Shown here: in pieces, positions 9,101 to 17,006 of the stretch
Position numbering within the stretch: position 1 is the stretch's first letter
Layout: each line of letters begins with the position of its first letter
Origin: Clostridia bacterium
Lineage (GTDB): Bacteria > Bacillota > Clostridia > TANB77 > CAG-465
NCBI GenBank assembly: GCA_045652705.1
Contig: JAZRUV010000008.1
Coordinates: forward strand, 24,620 to 88,619
Length of the DNA: 64,000 bases
Direction of reading: 5' to 3'
Notes under the pieces: generated by a model
Seen by the model: the letters and a program-made list of their open reading frames with translations, nothing else
Database searches by the model: none
Told to the model about the DNA's origin: nothing
Position numbers and translations under genes: made by a program

Positions 9101-10775
9101 TTGCAAGAGTATCATCTGTAAGCTCTAGACCAATATCACTGATATACTGCAAACATTCAGAGGAGTTAATATAGTCATTTTCAAGATGCAAAGATTTCTT
9201 GGAAATGATTTTTTGCACTCTGTCATCTGACTGAACATTTGGGAAAAATGTGATTAAGTCAGGAACAATCTGTTTAAGATTGTGTAAAAAACGTATATTG
9301 TGAAGGTTGTCATAGCTCAACACATTACCCCAGTTATCTGTGTTTTCATCTAAAAGCGTACCGCTTTCAAGATAGCTAATAACATTTTTAGCAAAATTAG
9401 GAGGCAAAATCTTCATAAAACTATAAGTGAAAATGTTATCTACTTTTACTTTTCGAGATTTTGCGTACTTTTGTATAATGCTTAAAATAATCAGCTTGTA
9501 GTCTAGAACTGTATCCTTGTTCTCAAAATCCAATTGGTGGATATAAAGAGGATCAAGATAAAGTGTGGTATCAATGTTATAAAAACACTTTAAGACGGGT
9601 GCGCTAGGCTTAAAGGAAAAATCCCAGTGCCTTTTAGAAAGAGCCTGAATTGTTGATGTAATAGCTTCACATGTGTCAGTAGCAACCTTATCTTCCAAAG
9701 AGAAGGCATTAGGCACACTAAAAAAGAGATAGACGGCATCCTTTGTAATGTTTGGAACAACACACCACCTGTATATAAAACCAGAAGTGGCACAGTTAGA
9801 TATATTATCTAAATATACATCTGCATGCTGCACGTCTTTTATTTTAATTACAATGTGTTTGTCGCTATCCCAACTCTTCTTTACTGTGTAGGTTGTCATC
9901 TCAGCATAATTACTCTCAAGTTTTAAATTACCCTCAAGAATCTTTTCGTCAAAGACAAAATCAAAGGGCTCAACATTTTGTAAAACTGAGAGAGAACTAT
10001 TCGTATCATGTTCTCTAAAGAACTCGTCATAGCTACTAAACGAATTATTGTCATAAATATACCGAAGCATATTTATACAAATATTACGTGGCCAATTAGA
10101 GCCGTTAAAAAACGCATCTAAAGAACGCAGATACATACCGGGTAATTGAGTGTGCAGTTCGAAAGAAAGCTTATCACAAGACAAAAACAGATCTATGATT
10201 CTTTTCAATTCATGTGGCGAGAATAAATATTCATCACCAATAATAGAAGTGAAAAAGGAAGTCAAGAAAGATGTCTTATGTGTGCTCCATAAAAATGTGC
10301 GGAACAAGTTATAATAATCTACATGAACAGTATGCTCACTTGTTGAAAATAGAGCTATAAGTTCAAGCAAATTATCATAAGCTTTACTCAAGAAGTCTCT
10401 GCTTCTATCTAGCCTACAGTTATAATACACAAAAGAAACTTCGCGCTTCTTCTTGTTAATGAAAAATTTCATATCGCTAAAACACTCGATTTGAGCATAA
10501 GCAGTATTCAGTTTCTCATTAAAATCCTCACTTGTGACAGCAACATAAAGTATGTTAGCAAGTGAAGAGTCGTTTATAGTGACTATTGTGCCATTACAAG
10601 CTGTAGCAGAAGCTAGATTACCGGGACGGTTAGAATACGAATACTCATCCTGCAGTTTTTGCCTGATTACATTCGCAACTCTCGTGTTTATTTTTGTTAG
10701 CTGTTTGCTTTTTGCCAAATATCTCTCTAAATTGAATGATTTAGGAGCTAACGAGGCTGAAAAGTTTTCAAACAT
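6147..10775 (-). CDS. 1542-aa multidomain protein with kinase-like modules, two zinc ribbons and a beta-rich C-terminal domain
   Basis: Single uninterrupted ORF with a GGAGG RBS. Catalytic-type motifs are present: GGEATLYPYKGGKIVKLFK (Gly-loop plus Lys), HSIGGYIGDLNGGNILI (D-x4-N) and YFIDMDG (DFG-like). Two zinc ribbons are present: CKEHN..CPEC and CNVHN..CPLC. Confidence 0.85.
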   Translation of the reverse strand: MFENFSASLAPKSFNLERYLAKSKQLTKINTRVANVIRQKLQDEYSYSNRPGNLASATACNGTIVTINDSSLANILYVAVTSEDFNEKLNTAYAQIECFSDMKFFINKKKREVSFVYYNCRLDRSRDFLSKAYDNLLELIALFSTSEHTVHVDYYNLFRTFLWSTHKTSFLTSFFTSIIGDEYLFSPHELKRIIDLFLSCDKLSFELHTQLPGMYLRSLDAFFNGSNWPRNICINMLRYIYDNNSFSSYDEFFREHDTNSSLSVLQNVEPFDFVFDEKILEGNLKLESNYAEMTTYTVKKSWDSDKHIVIKIKDVQHADVYLDNISNCATSGFIYRWCVVPNITKDAVYLFFSVPNAFSLEDKVATDTCEAITSTIQALSKRHWDFSFKPSAPVLKCFYNIDTTLYLDPLYIHQLDFENKDTVLDYKLIILSIIQKYAKSRKVKVDNIFTYSFMKILPPNFAKNVISYLESGTLLDENTDNWGNVLSYDNLHNIRFLHNLKQIVPDLITFFPNVQSDDRVQKIISKKSLHLENDYINSSECLQYISDIGLELTDDTLAKIFANTEDFYLHPSKVIVSRDLCVANSYQIVGVVWNKLNLTTIGKLIQDGKVDTAVFYKLLSSLLSIQQNHGWIIDESNICQMLVDPDYNVFLNNNWLKHSQYNAGINLETHFKNLFNALNFHRDTNMPFEVFSYSELYDNGHRSTANNVLLCKEHNLYYIEGSLCPECRKIFCVTNQFSSRQIYGDDEWHFHETNYRNSLIGNHFGLTLNPRIIKQCKIGIEHGLFNHFFFQPDSLALKGNKVVGVVYFEKARFNFENILPISLFESRQRLQVILVMYKKLLPLILNGSCITDDKDFFSSICMHKDYKGELIIFKLPFMNCEAILAKDKDAMHKTLLAFGEFLVGYIMSDSMLNTTSTVKGSEVYNLIQDIENLKFTTSILEECISAFCNVHNIPFSSKNTLCPLCLADGISVDDIIVFPASHFEQFQKDKPAFEGGEATLYPYKGGKIVKLFKPGVDLVFKSKILGKALQKRAQFKSFNDEHSDIKFVTIDEVQYESNGTSIKLKGFVQQDIDGSFKISCLKDKDFVASKGYTRADIVDILIKVCIGIEFLHSIGGYIGDLNGGNILIKGKTVYFIDMDGMSFDNVKNFVFTDMYIYPPSAENKNITKADDWYSLAIQAFYYFTYSHPFRGISSSKFVPSDEITRMKLRKSVLGNHGIKVPNISIGWDFMPRQLVQFFKSTFEGKKRESMRAILEQFKTSLDTPNPSNAMKFTEVKRLSPCRFALSYHTYIDTSGYLLWCERKLLRFSSGTISCKITGNYIILTTPNNSVVLNDTTGKFNIYSALSKEDVVYASNNNLYYISSSDNNVHVKQIGSRSQQESDGIVVNSSTLSPFDFLVTDERKFIFLVKDRFFVHIYCNLEQLTSVDTIGLGENMQSRLFYDSESGNYLVLLSGCHQTKGVLISSDGSHSVFNLKEEISNTSCFYKNTLYYMIGDTIYFYNVIDGTKKEFTSQFAAQGCLIERKANRFVICSKDKAYMYIKS

Positions 10776-10791
10776 ACTCTAAACCTCCAGG

Positions 10792-10820
10792 GCTTAGGCG
10801 GAGGCATGCTCCGCCTAAGC
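10792..10820 (-). promoter_or_regulatory. intercistronic GC-rich stem-loop immediately 5' of the giant gene RBS
   Basis: 12-bp perfect stem gcttaggcggag/ctccgcctaagc with a 5-nt loop. There is no T-tract on either strand. Confidence 0.6.
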
Positions 10821-10831
10821 GGTAATGTTAA

Positions 10832-11539
10832 TTAGATATTAAAGAAACTATCTGCTACAACTTTTTTAGCTTCAGGTGAAGCTTCAGCAGATGCATCAGT
10901 CGCAGCCTTAGAGAAGAACTTAGACTTAAGAGAAAAAGCGCTTCGAGACTGCTCAACACAGCTTTGAGAGAGTTCTGTTCCGAGACACGAAACTAGCTCT
11001 TTTGCAGAGGTGATATCTCTAATACAAGAGAATCCCAAAAGTTCACCATCTTTTGCCGCAATAGCCTCACCAAATGCAACAAATACGGTAGTTGCATCAA
11101 GACTGTTAAGTTTAGCAACCATATCCTTGGCAGCGTCGATTTCACTTTTGAAGTTGCAATTATCAAGGCCGTCGGAGAACACCAAAAATGTGATTCTGGG
11201 TCTGATGTTAAGACGACTTTCGATTTCTTGGAAGTATGCAATAGTTTCTTCGCCCACTTCAACAACTGCTCTGTATAACCTAGTTCCACCATCAGCATAA
11301 TAGTTTGTAGAAAAATCCTTAACCGGTCCAAAACTTGTCATTTTGACATGTTCGGCAAACATAGCTTTTGCGATTGCTACGGAACCCTTTTCTTCAAAAC
11401 GAGAAAAGTCTTCATAGAAAGCTTTGTTTGCCTCAACAATTGCTTTAACGTAGTCTTTCATAGAGCCAGAACAGTCATAAATCATAACGAAGATATTGAC
11501 AACGTCAGAAGAAAACGAATAAAGGTGATTATCCATCAT
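10832..11539 (-). CDS. vWA-domain protein (TerY-like), MIDAS intact
   Basis: 235 aa. It has DCSGSM (DxSxS), GGTRLY (Thr) and LVFSDGLDN (Asp), arranged as in a vWA Rossmann-like fold. Confidence 0.8.
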   Translation of the reverse strand: MMDNHLYSFSSDVVNIFVMIYDCSGSMKDYVKAIVEANKAFYEDFSRFEEKGSVAIAKAMFAEHVKMTSFGPVKDFSTNYYADGGTRLYRAVVEVGEETIAYFQEIESRLNIRPRITFLVFSDGLDNCNFKSEIDAAKDMVAKLNSLDATTVFVAFGEAIAAKDGELLGFSCIRDITSAKELVSCLGTELSQSCVEQSRSAFSLKSKFFSKAATDASAEASPEAKKVVADSFFNI

Positions 11540-11557
11540 AGCACTTATTCCTCCAGT

Positions 11558-13042
11558 TTAAATAGTAATGTGATTTGCAAACATAGTTTCAAGGTTGGAA
11601 AAACCATTGAAATACGAATGGTGAAGATAGATTGCGTCGTCGATAACTACAAAGTCTAAATACAGGTTCATGAATTCTGTCGTAACAACTGCGTTATCCA
11701 CTTGCCCTGCTCTAAAAAGCAAAACATACTTTTTCTTCTGACCGCCCTTATAGTTTAAAAGCTTAGTTTTGTACTTCGTAATATATTCTTCAGAATACTC
11801 GGGATATTTATTATCCAAGCTTGTAAAATTATCCGAAATACAGGAAAACACAGTGCTTCTTGCCACCTTTACAACGCTATCGTAAAGGTCAAAAATTTTG
11901 CATAGGAAGTAAAATTCTTCCCACGTGATATTAATGGTAAACCCACTAATAAGGGTTTGCAAAATATTAGCAATGTTGTTATGGATAAGCTTTAACACAG
12001 CTATGGCCATTTCGTTTACATTAGTGGTACTAATAGTTTTGGGTGTACCAAAAATGTTAGGCAGAAAAACAACAAAGTCCTGACCGACAGTTTTTGCTGC
12101 TTCTTCAAGAGTGTTTTCTAACTTCAAGAGACCGTCAAAATAGGCAGAATCCAAATTTGATTGCAAAAATTCTCTAGTACTTGTTTTTAATTTATCACAA
12201 GATTGGAGTAGAAAGTCGTAACATTCATAATTTTGCAATTTAGACATTACGAAATTCTCCACCTGTTCTAAATCTTGTACTAAGAATTTAAACAGCAACT
12301 TGTCGTAATCTGCTTCTACGAAGAAGGAGCTAAGTTTTGAAGTGCCGTTCTTGTAATCACTTAAATTGCTACAAAAGTTGTATCTTAAGGCTGTTTTAAA
12401 GAGCATGTAGTCACAGTAAATGACATAGTTTAAAATCTCTTCGCGACGTCTAGAATCTTTTGTAAAGAATGTTAAAGGCTGTACTTCGGCAATTAGCTCT
12501 CTTGCTTTTTCAGATGCATTCAAAAATTGTTTGTGTACCTTTTGCCGATCTATATGACAATTCACAATTGTATTGTAGAATTCATTAAGACGGGAACATA
12601 GGGTAACAAATTTTTTCTTGTGCATCTCAAAGTATACAACAAAATCCACGAAGTGATTAATTTTACCTTCTAGAGAAAGTACAGTAATATAATAGTTATC
12701 CCGTTCGGGGTCGATTGCGAAAGTAATATTACCTTCTAGTCCCTTAAGATAGCTTTCTAACTGCTCTTCATATTCTCTTCTTTGAGTAGTAATGAGTTGC
12801 AAAAACTGCTTATACTCATTAGGAAAAGTCGTTGCGAAAGATTTAATGTATTCTTCAAGATAATTTAGTTTTTCAAGAACAACATTCTCTACTTGAAATT
12901 TCGCGATACCTTCACCAAGCTTTTGAATTTCTTCCACAATTTTCTCTGGGTCGTCTAAGGAGTCGTCTTTTACTATTTGTATAGGCTGAACGACGGGCCT
13001 TTCGGAACCAAAGAGATTCTTTATCCAACTTATAAAAGCCAT
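11558..13042 (-). CDS. hypothetical helical protein (494 aa)
   Basis: ORF tightly packed within the operon (gaps of 18 and 11 nt). I recognise no motif. Confidence 0.7.
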   Translation of the reverse strand: MAFISWIKNLFGSERPVVQPIQIVKDDSLDDPEKIVEEIQKLGEGIAKFQVENVVLEKLNYLEEYIKSFATTFPNEYKQFLQLITTQRREYEEQLESYLKGLEGNITFAIDPERDNYYITVLSLEGKINHFVDFVVYFEMHKKKFVTLCSRLNEFYNTIVNCHIDRQKVHKQFLNASEKARELIAEVQPLTFFTKDSRRREEILNYVIYCDYMLFKTALRYNFCSNLSDYKNGTSKLSSFFVEADYDKLLFKFLVQDLEQVENFVMSKLQNYECYDFLLQSCDKLKTSTREFLQSNLDSAYFDGLLKLENTLEEAAKTVGQDFVVFLPNIFGTPKTISTTNVNEMAIAVLKLIHNNIANILQTLISGFTINITWEEFYFLCKIFDLYDSVVKVARSTVFSCISDNFTSLDNKYPEYSEEYITKYKTKLLNYKGGQKKKYVLLFRAGQVDNAVVTTEFMNLYLDFVVIDDAIYLHHSYFNGFSNLETMFANHITI

Positions 13043-13053
13043 ACTAAGCCTCC

Positions 13054-14085
13054 TTACTCATAAAAGTCTGAAATAATATGCCCTATGACGGGGAAGCCCA
13101 AAGCAGATACTCTTATAGCATCAGAATCTTTTATACAAAAATATTTAAAAGCTTTAAGCTTAGACATATTTTGCAGTTTTGAAATGCAAGAAGAGATTAT
13201 CTTGATTGAATCTTCGCTTTGGGTACACGCGCCTGTACCAATACAAACAACCGAGCAATTTCCGAGTTTATACTTTACTTTGCCAAAGGAAAAAGTATCT
13301 GCCGCGAAAACGTTTAAGTTGTTTACAAGATAAAAAAGAGCGCTTGCAAGATTTGGTGCTTCGTTTTCCTCGGAAGCTGTAAGAAGAGAGGAAATAATAT
13401 TTTTCTCTTTTACAGATGTATAATCCATGGGGATAAACGGTGTTTGCCCATTTCCAACTTTAACGAATAGGAAAATAGCGTCTTTTTTATTTTCCACTGC
13501 CTGTGAAATTATATTAGTGATATTTTCTTTTTGTTTCAGAGTTTCAGTGGAGTTTTCGACAAGAAAGGCAAAAACGTCTTTTTGTTGAAATTTAGGCACA
13601 GCAGGTTTCCAATAGTAAGGCTTTGTGCCAAAAGTGGGGGCAGAAGGTCTACCCTTATAACCAAATCCGTCATCATATCTAGCCCCATTTGGTAAACTTC
13701 CTTTAACAGGGGTAAGAGGTGGGACATCCGGTCCATTCGGAACTTTAGGTCTCGGCGGTATATTGGGTTTGCCACTTACCGGATGATTGGCCTTAGAAAC
13801 ATCCTCGTCGTTATCTTGGGTCCAAGAAGAATAAGCTATATCTTCAGCGTCTACAGGAGGTTCACTAAAGCTTTTAGGAACATTATCCTGTGATGCAGGA
13901 GGTGGCGTATTTTCTTTTGCATCAGGAATAACAAGAGGTGGCATACCCCCGTTTACAGATTTCAACATATCATCAGCTGTCTTGCCCGATGCTTTCAGCT
14001 TTGAATAGTAATCGTAGTCTGAATCAGACGGACGAATATCATAAGGTGATGGCTTTTTACCAAACAACATATCAAAAAATGACAT
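13054..14085 (-). CDS. proline-rich protein with degenerate vWA-like C-terminal domain
   Basis: 343 aa. The central region is P-rich (PPLVIP, PPPAS, PPRPKVPNGPDVPPLTP). The C-terminal half shows a vWA-like strand pattern (VFAFLVENSTE ... AIFLFVKVGNG ... VVCIGTGA), with DxSxS replaced by ENSTE. Confidence 0.65.
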   Translation of the reverse strand: MSFFDMLFGKKPSPYDIRPSDSDYDYYSKLKASGKTADDMLKSVNGGMPPLVIPDAKENTPPPASQDNVPKSFSEPPVDAEDIAYSSWTQDNDEDVSKANHPVSGKPNIPPRPKVPNGPDVPPLTPVKGSLPNGARYDDGFGYKGRPSAPTFGTKPYYWKPAVPKFQQKDVFAFLVENSTETLKQKENITNIISQAVENKKDAIFLFVKVGNGQTPFIPMDYTSVKEKNIISSLLTASEENEAPNLASALFYLVNNLNVFAADTFSFGKVKYKLGNCSVVCIGTGACTQSEDSIKIISSCISKLQNMSKLKAFKYFCIKDSDAIRVSALGFPVIGHIISDFYE

Positions 14086-14096
14086 ATATAATCTCC

Positions 14097-14762
14097 TTAA
14101 AATAGAATTGTGACATCATCATAGAACACGGACCTGTTAGAATTAATAACACCTTCCGGCTTATAGTTTGTTTTTGTACCTAGGAAAAATGCATCAAAAG
14201 GTTGATTAAGCTGCTTATCCACAATTGGTGCGAGACCATCGGAAGCAATGCCAACCTTTATGAAATCTTGTTTGCTAAATTCGAAAGTTTTAAACTTGAG
14301 CGGCCTAGGGTAATTATCTGTTTCAAGTTTATTGTATGAATAGTAGGGGGGAGCTTTTCCATAAAAAAGCCTAATATAACTTAACAAATTATGTTTGTTA
14401 ACTGTTATAATATAGCCATCCCCAATAAATTTTACAACAAACTTATCTTCTAACTCGAAGCATGCGATAATAGTGAAAAGCATGTTGTTTATTATAAATG
14501 TATCAAAATCCTTTCCGGATTTAGTGCCTGCAAAATTACATACTTTAGCAAATGCTTTCTCAACGTTTTGCTCGAATTTGTCAATGTCTAGTCTTGTGTC
14601 AAGTCTCGAAAAAGCTTGTGCAAAAAGCCGAGTACCTACTTCAGAGAACAGACCGTCGCTACAGCCATCTGTAATAATCTTGAGATTGCCTTCTTCAAAA
14701 AAGAAGTCCTGATTATTTAGGCCATCTAAATAATGGCCGTTCCCTTGTCTACATATTTGCAT
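14097..14762 (-). CDS. PP2C-family protein phosphatase-like
   Basis: 221 aa. Motifs seen: GLNNQDFFF, ITDGCSDGLFSEVG, GDGYII, ASDGL and YDDVTIL, corresponding to PP2C metal-binding motifs. Confidence 0.75.
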   Translation of the reverse strand: MQICRQGNGHYLDGLNNQDFFFEEGNLKIITDGCSDGLFSEVGTRLFAQAFSRLDTRLDIDKFEQNVEKAFAKVCNFAGTKSGKDFDTFIINNMLFTIIACFELEDKFVVKFIGDGYIITVNKHNLLSYIRLFYGKAPPYYSYNKLETDNYPRPLKFKTFEFSKQDFIKVGIASDGLAPIVDKQLNQPFDAFFLGTKTNYKPEGVINSNRSVFYDDVTILF

Positions 14763-14918
14763 GTTGACTCCTCCTATAAATTAAATATAATTTTATACTA
14801 ATATAGAGATCGCACAAATTATATCACAGAAACGGTCGAAAAACAATAGTTATGTTGTCTAAAATACCAAAAAGAGCAAGAAAAAAGAGCAAAGCATATT
14901 GCTTTGCTCTTTTTGGGA

Positions 14919-16133
14919 CTAGAATGTCATATCTGTGCTCGAAGAAGTCTTAGTCTGAAGGGCCTCGGGCTTGGCCTCGGGAAGGGCACCTACGATAGGT
15001 GCAAGTTCCTGGATCAAAGACTGAAGTTTGCTAAATTCTTCCGAAATATGGCCGGACTGTTTGTCGTCAAACTCATCCATAGCGTTACAACACTGGACTA
15101 CAGTTTTTGCAGCTGCAAGGCCAATTTCGATAGAATAAACGCTGTTAAGCAACAACTTTTCAGCTTCTTGCTCTGTGGGCAGGAGGCCAGCGCTTACCTT
15201 TGTAATGAGTTCGTCGTTGAGAGAAGTAATGGAACGTTGACCTTCCAAAATCTCACGGTTTTGCGCAGTCAAAACAGAAGCCATAATTTGTTGGGCGGCT
15301 GTAGTCATACTGTTTGTCGCTTGGAAGTTGATAGCCAGTTGAAGCTTTTTGTTAGTTTCACGCTGGATTCTCAACTGTCCGAGGTGCAAAAGATATGATT
15401 CGCGCGACTTTTCCAAGTTGAGAAGGGACAGTTGGAAGGCAGAAAAACCTTCTTTGGAAGCTTCGTAAAGCTCGCTGTTGTCCATCAACCCACCTTGTTC
15501 GTATGCTTCTCTTTTTTGCTCCAGCTCGCCTTCGATTCGCTTTTCTGCAATTCGACCAGCAACCAGATACCTTTCGATAAGAGAACCGTTGGTAACAACA
15601 TCCCTAATTGCATCAGAGATAATGTTATAATTGTCCTGCAAAATCTCTTCCCAGTTTTTACAATTTTCTTTAAGCTTCAAAAGAATCTTGTAGCAACTGA
15701 GAGCAATTACTTTGGCGTCATCGTTACGCTTATCTTTGAGAGACGTAAAGATGTTCATCAAAAAGCGCTGGAACGGGTTTGGTTCTTGGATTGCGACACT
15801 GAGTTCGTTTTGCTTTTTGCTTGCCTGCTCGGAGAGCTTAGCGATTTCATCTGCTACGGTCCGGTCTACAGTGGTACCCTCAATTGTCTTCATAAATTCC
15901 ATAGCGAAATCGAAAGAACGCTCCAACGGGATACTACCAAAGGATTTAATTTTGTCTAACTGAAGGGGATCTACCTGGTCAGCCACACGCATAATTTCTG
16001 CTTGGGTAGCAGCATCATAACGTTGGATGTCTTCAGCACAAATAGGTGCGATTGCGTTTTTCTGAGCAGGCTCAGGGGTAGCTACCATACTGGTTCCTTG
16101 CTGGATAACGGGTGTTACATTTGTATTGTCCAT
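14919..16133 (-). CDS. telA: TelA-like (toxic anion resistance family) protein
   Basis: 404 aa, all-helical. The N-terminal pattern DPLQLDKIKSFGSIPLERS... and the overall length fit TelA/KlaA/YaaN-type proteins. It is the first gene of the operon. Confidence 0.65.
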   Translation of the reverse strand: MDNTNVTPVIQQGTSMVATPEPAQKNAIAPICAEDIQRYDAATQAEIMRVADQVDPLQLDKIKSFGSIPLERSFDFAMEFMKTIEGTTVDRTVADEIAKLSEQASKKQNELSVAIQEPNPFQRFLMNIFTSLKDKRNDDAKVIALSCYKILLKLKENCKNWEEILQDNYNIISDAIRDVVTNGSLIERYLVAGRIAEKRIEGELEQKREAYEQGGLMDNSELYEASKEGFSAFQLSLLNLEKSRESYLLHLGQLRIQRETNKKLQLAINFQATNSMTTAAQQIMASVLTAQNREILEGQRSITSLNDELITKVSAGLLPTEQEAEKLLLNSVYSIEIGLAAAKTVVQCCNAMDEFDDKQSGHISEEFSKLQSLIQELAPIVGALPEAKPEALQTKTSSSTDMTF

Positions 16134-16183
16134 TGTTCATCCTCCATAATAATAAAATGAGAGTTAAAATTTTCGCTGGACAT

Positions 16184-16212
16184 ATTATATCACGAAAAAA
16201 GATTATTGTCAA
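16184..16212 (-). promoter_or_regulatory. consensus sigma-A promoter of the TelA/TerY-P-like operon
   Basis: On the minus strand: TTGACA (16207-16212), 17-nt spacer, TGa-TATAAT (16184-16189). Confidence 0.65.
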
Positions 16213-16261
16213 CCAAAAACGAAAGAAATACTTAGTGATACGTTTGAAATCAAATAGACAT

Positions 16262-16296
16262 AAAAACAAAAAGAAAAATCCGGCTTAACCGGATTT
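16262..16296 (-). terminator. rpsT terminator
   Basis: 8-bp stem aaatccgg/ccggattt, followed on the minus strand by tttttctttttgtttt. Confidence 0.8.
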
Positions 16297-16298
16297 AA

Positions 16299-16553
16299 TT
16301 ATTTTGCTAATAATTTTGCAAGATGAGCTTTTTTTCTGTCAGCAGTGTTTCTTTTTAAAACACCTTTAGACCAAGCTTTATCTACTTCAGAAACTGCTTT
16401 TTTGTGAAGATCTTCTAGATTTTTTTCACCGTTAGCTACTGCAGCTTCGAAAGCTTTAACAGCATCTCTGTATGCTTTTCTAACTTTTTTATTTTCAAGA
16501 CGATTAGCTTCGTTAACTAATACTCTTTTTTTAGCTGATTTAATATTTGGCAT
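16299..16553 (-). CDS. rpsT: 30S ribosomal protein S20
   Basis: 84 aa. MPNIKSAKKRVLV...RNxxxKS pattern typical of S20. Confidence 0.95.
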   Translation of the reverse strand: MPNIKSAKKRVLVNEANRLENKKVRKAYRDAVKAFEAAVANGEKNLEDLHKKAVSEVDKAWSKGVLKRNTADRKKAHLAKLLAK

Positions 16554-16698
16554 GTTTTTCCCTCCCTTTTGAGTACATATAATTTTTTACAAAGCATATT
16601 TTAACATAATATTTTAAGAAAATCAAGAAAAAGATAAAATATTTTGAACTACTTGAAAAAATAGTTGAAAATATACGGAAGAAATAATTAAATTTTTG

Positions 16699-16727
16699 TT
16701 GACAAACTATCGGTACGGTGGTATAAA
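16699..16727 (+). promoter_or_regulatory. sigma-A-like promoter upstream of tmk-like/thyX-like genes
   Basis: TTGACA (16699-16704), 17-nt spacer, TGg-TATAAA (16722-16727). The leader is about 280 nt long. Confidence 0.5.
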
Positions 16728-17006
16728 TATGACAAATTTAGATTAAGGTAGCAAAACAGTTTTGGCTAAAGAATAATAAATATAATAAGTAAGTAAGAAA
16801 GTTGGAATTGAAAAAGGTTAGAATCAATTGAAAGGAGCATATTATGGAAAGGGAATATGCTAAATCAAATGGTGATAAAAAAGATTTAGACCGAATAGAG
16901 AACAGGTAAGATTAAGAAATGTAAGAAGAGACGAGAAGGTTAGTTCTCAAAGAGAAGAAAAAGCAAAAACAATAAAAAACAAAGAAAATAATGGAGGGAA
17001 TAAATT

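Noticed and set aside
14904-15963. Plus-strand ORFs 14904-15398, 15432-15959 and 15712-15963.
   Set aside because: They lie entirely antisense to the TelA-like gene, have no RBS and give low-complexity translations. They are typical shadow ORFs of a GC-richer gene.
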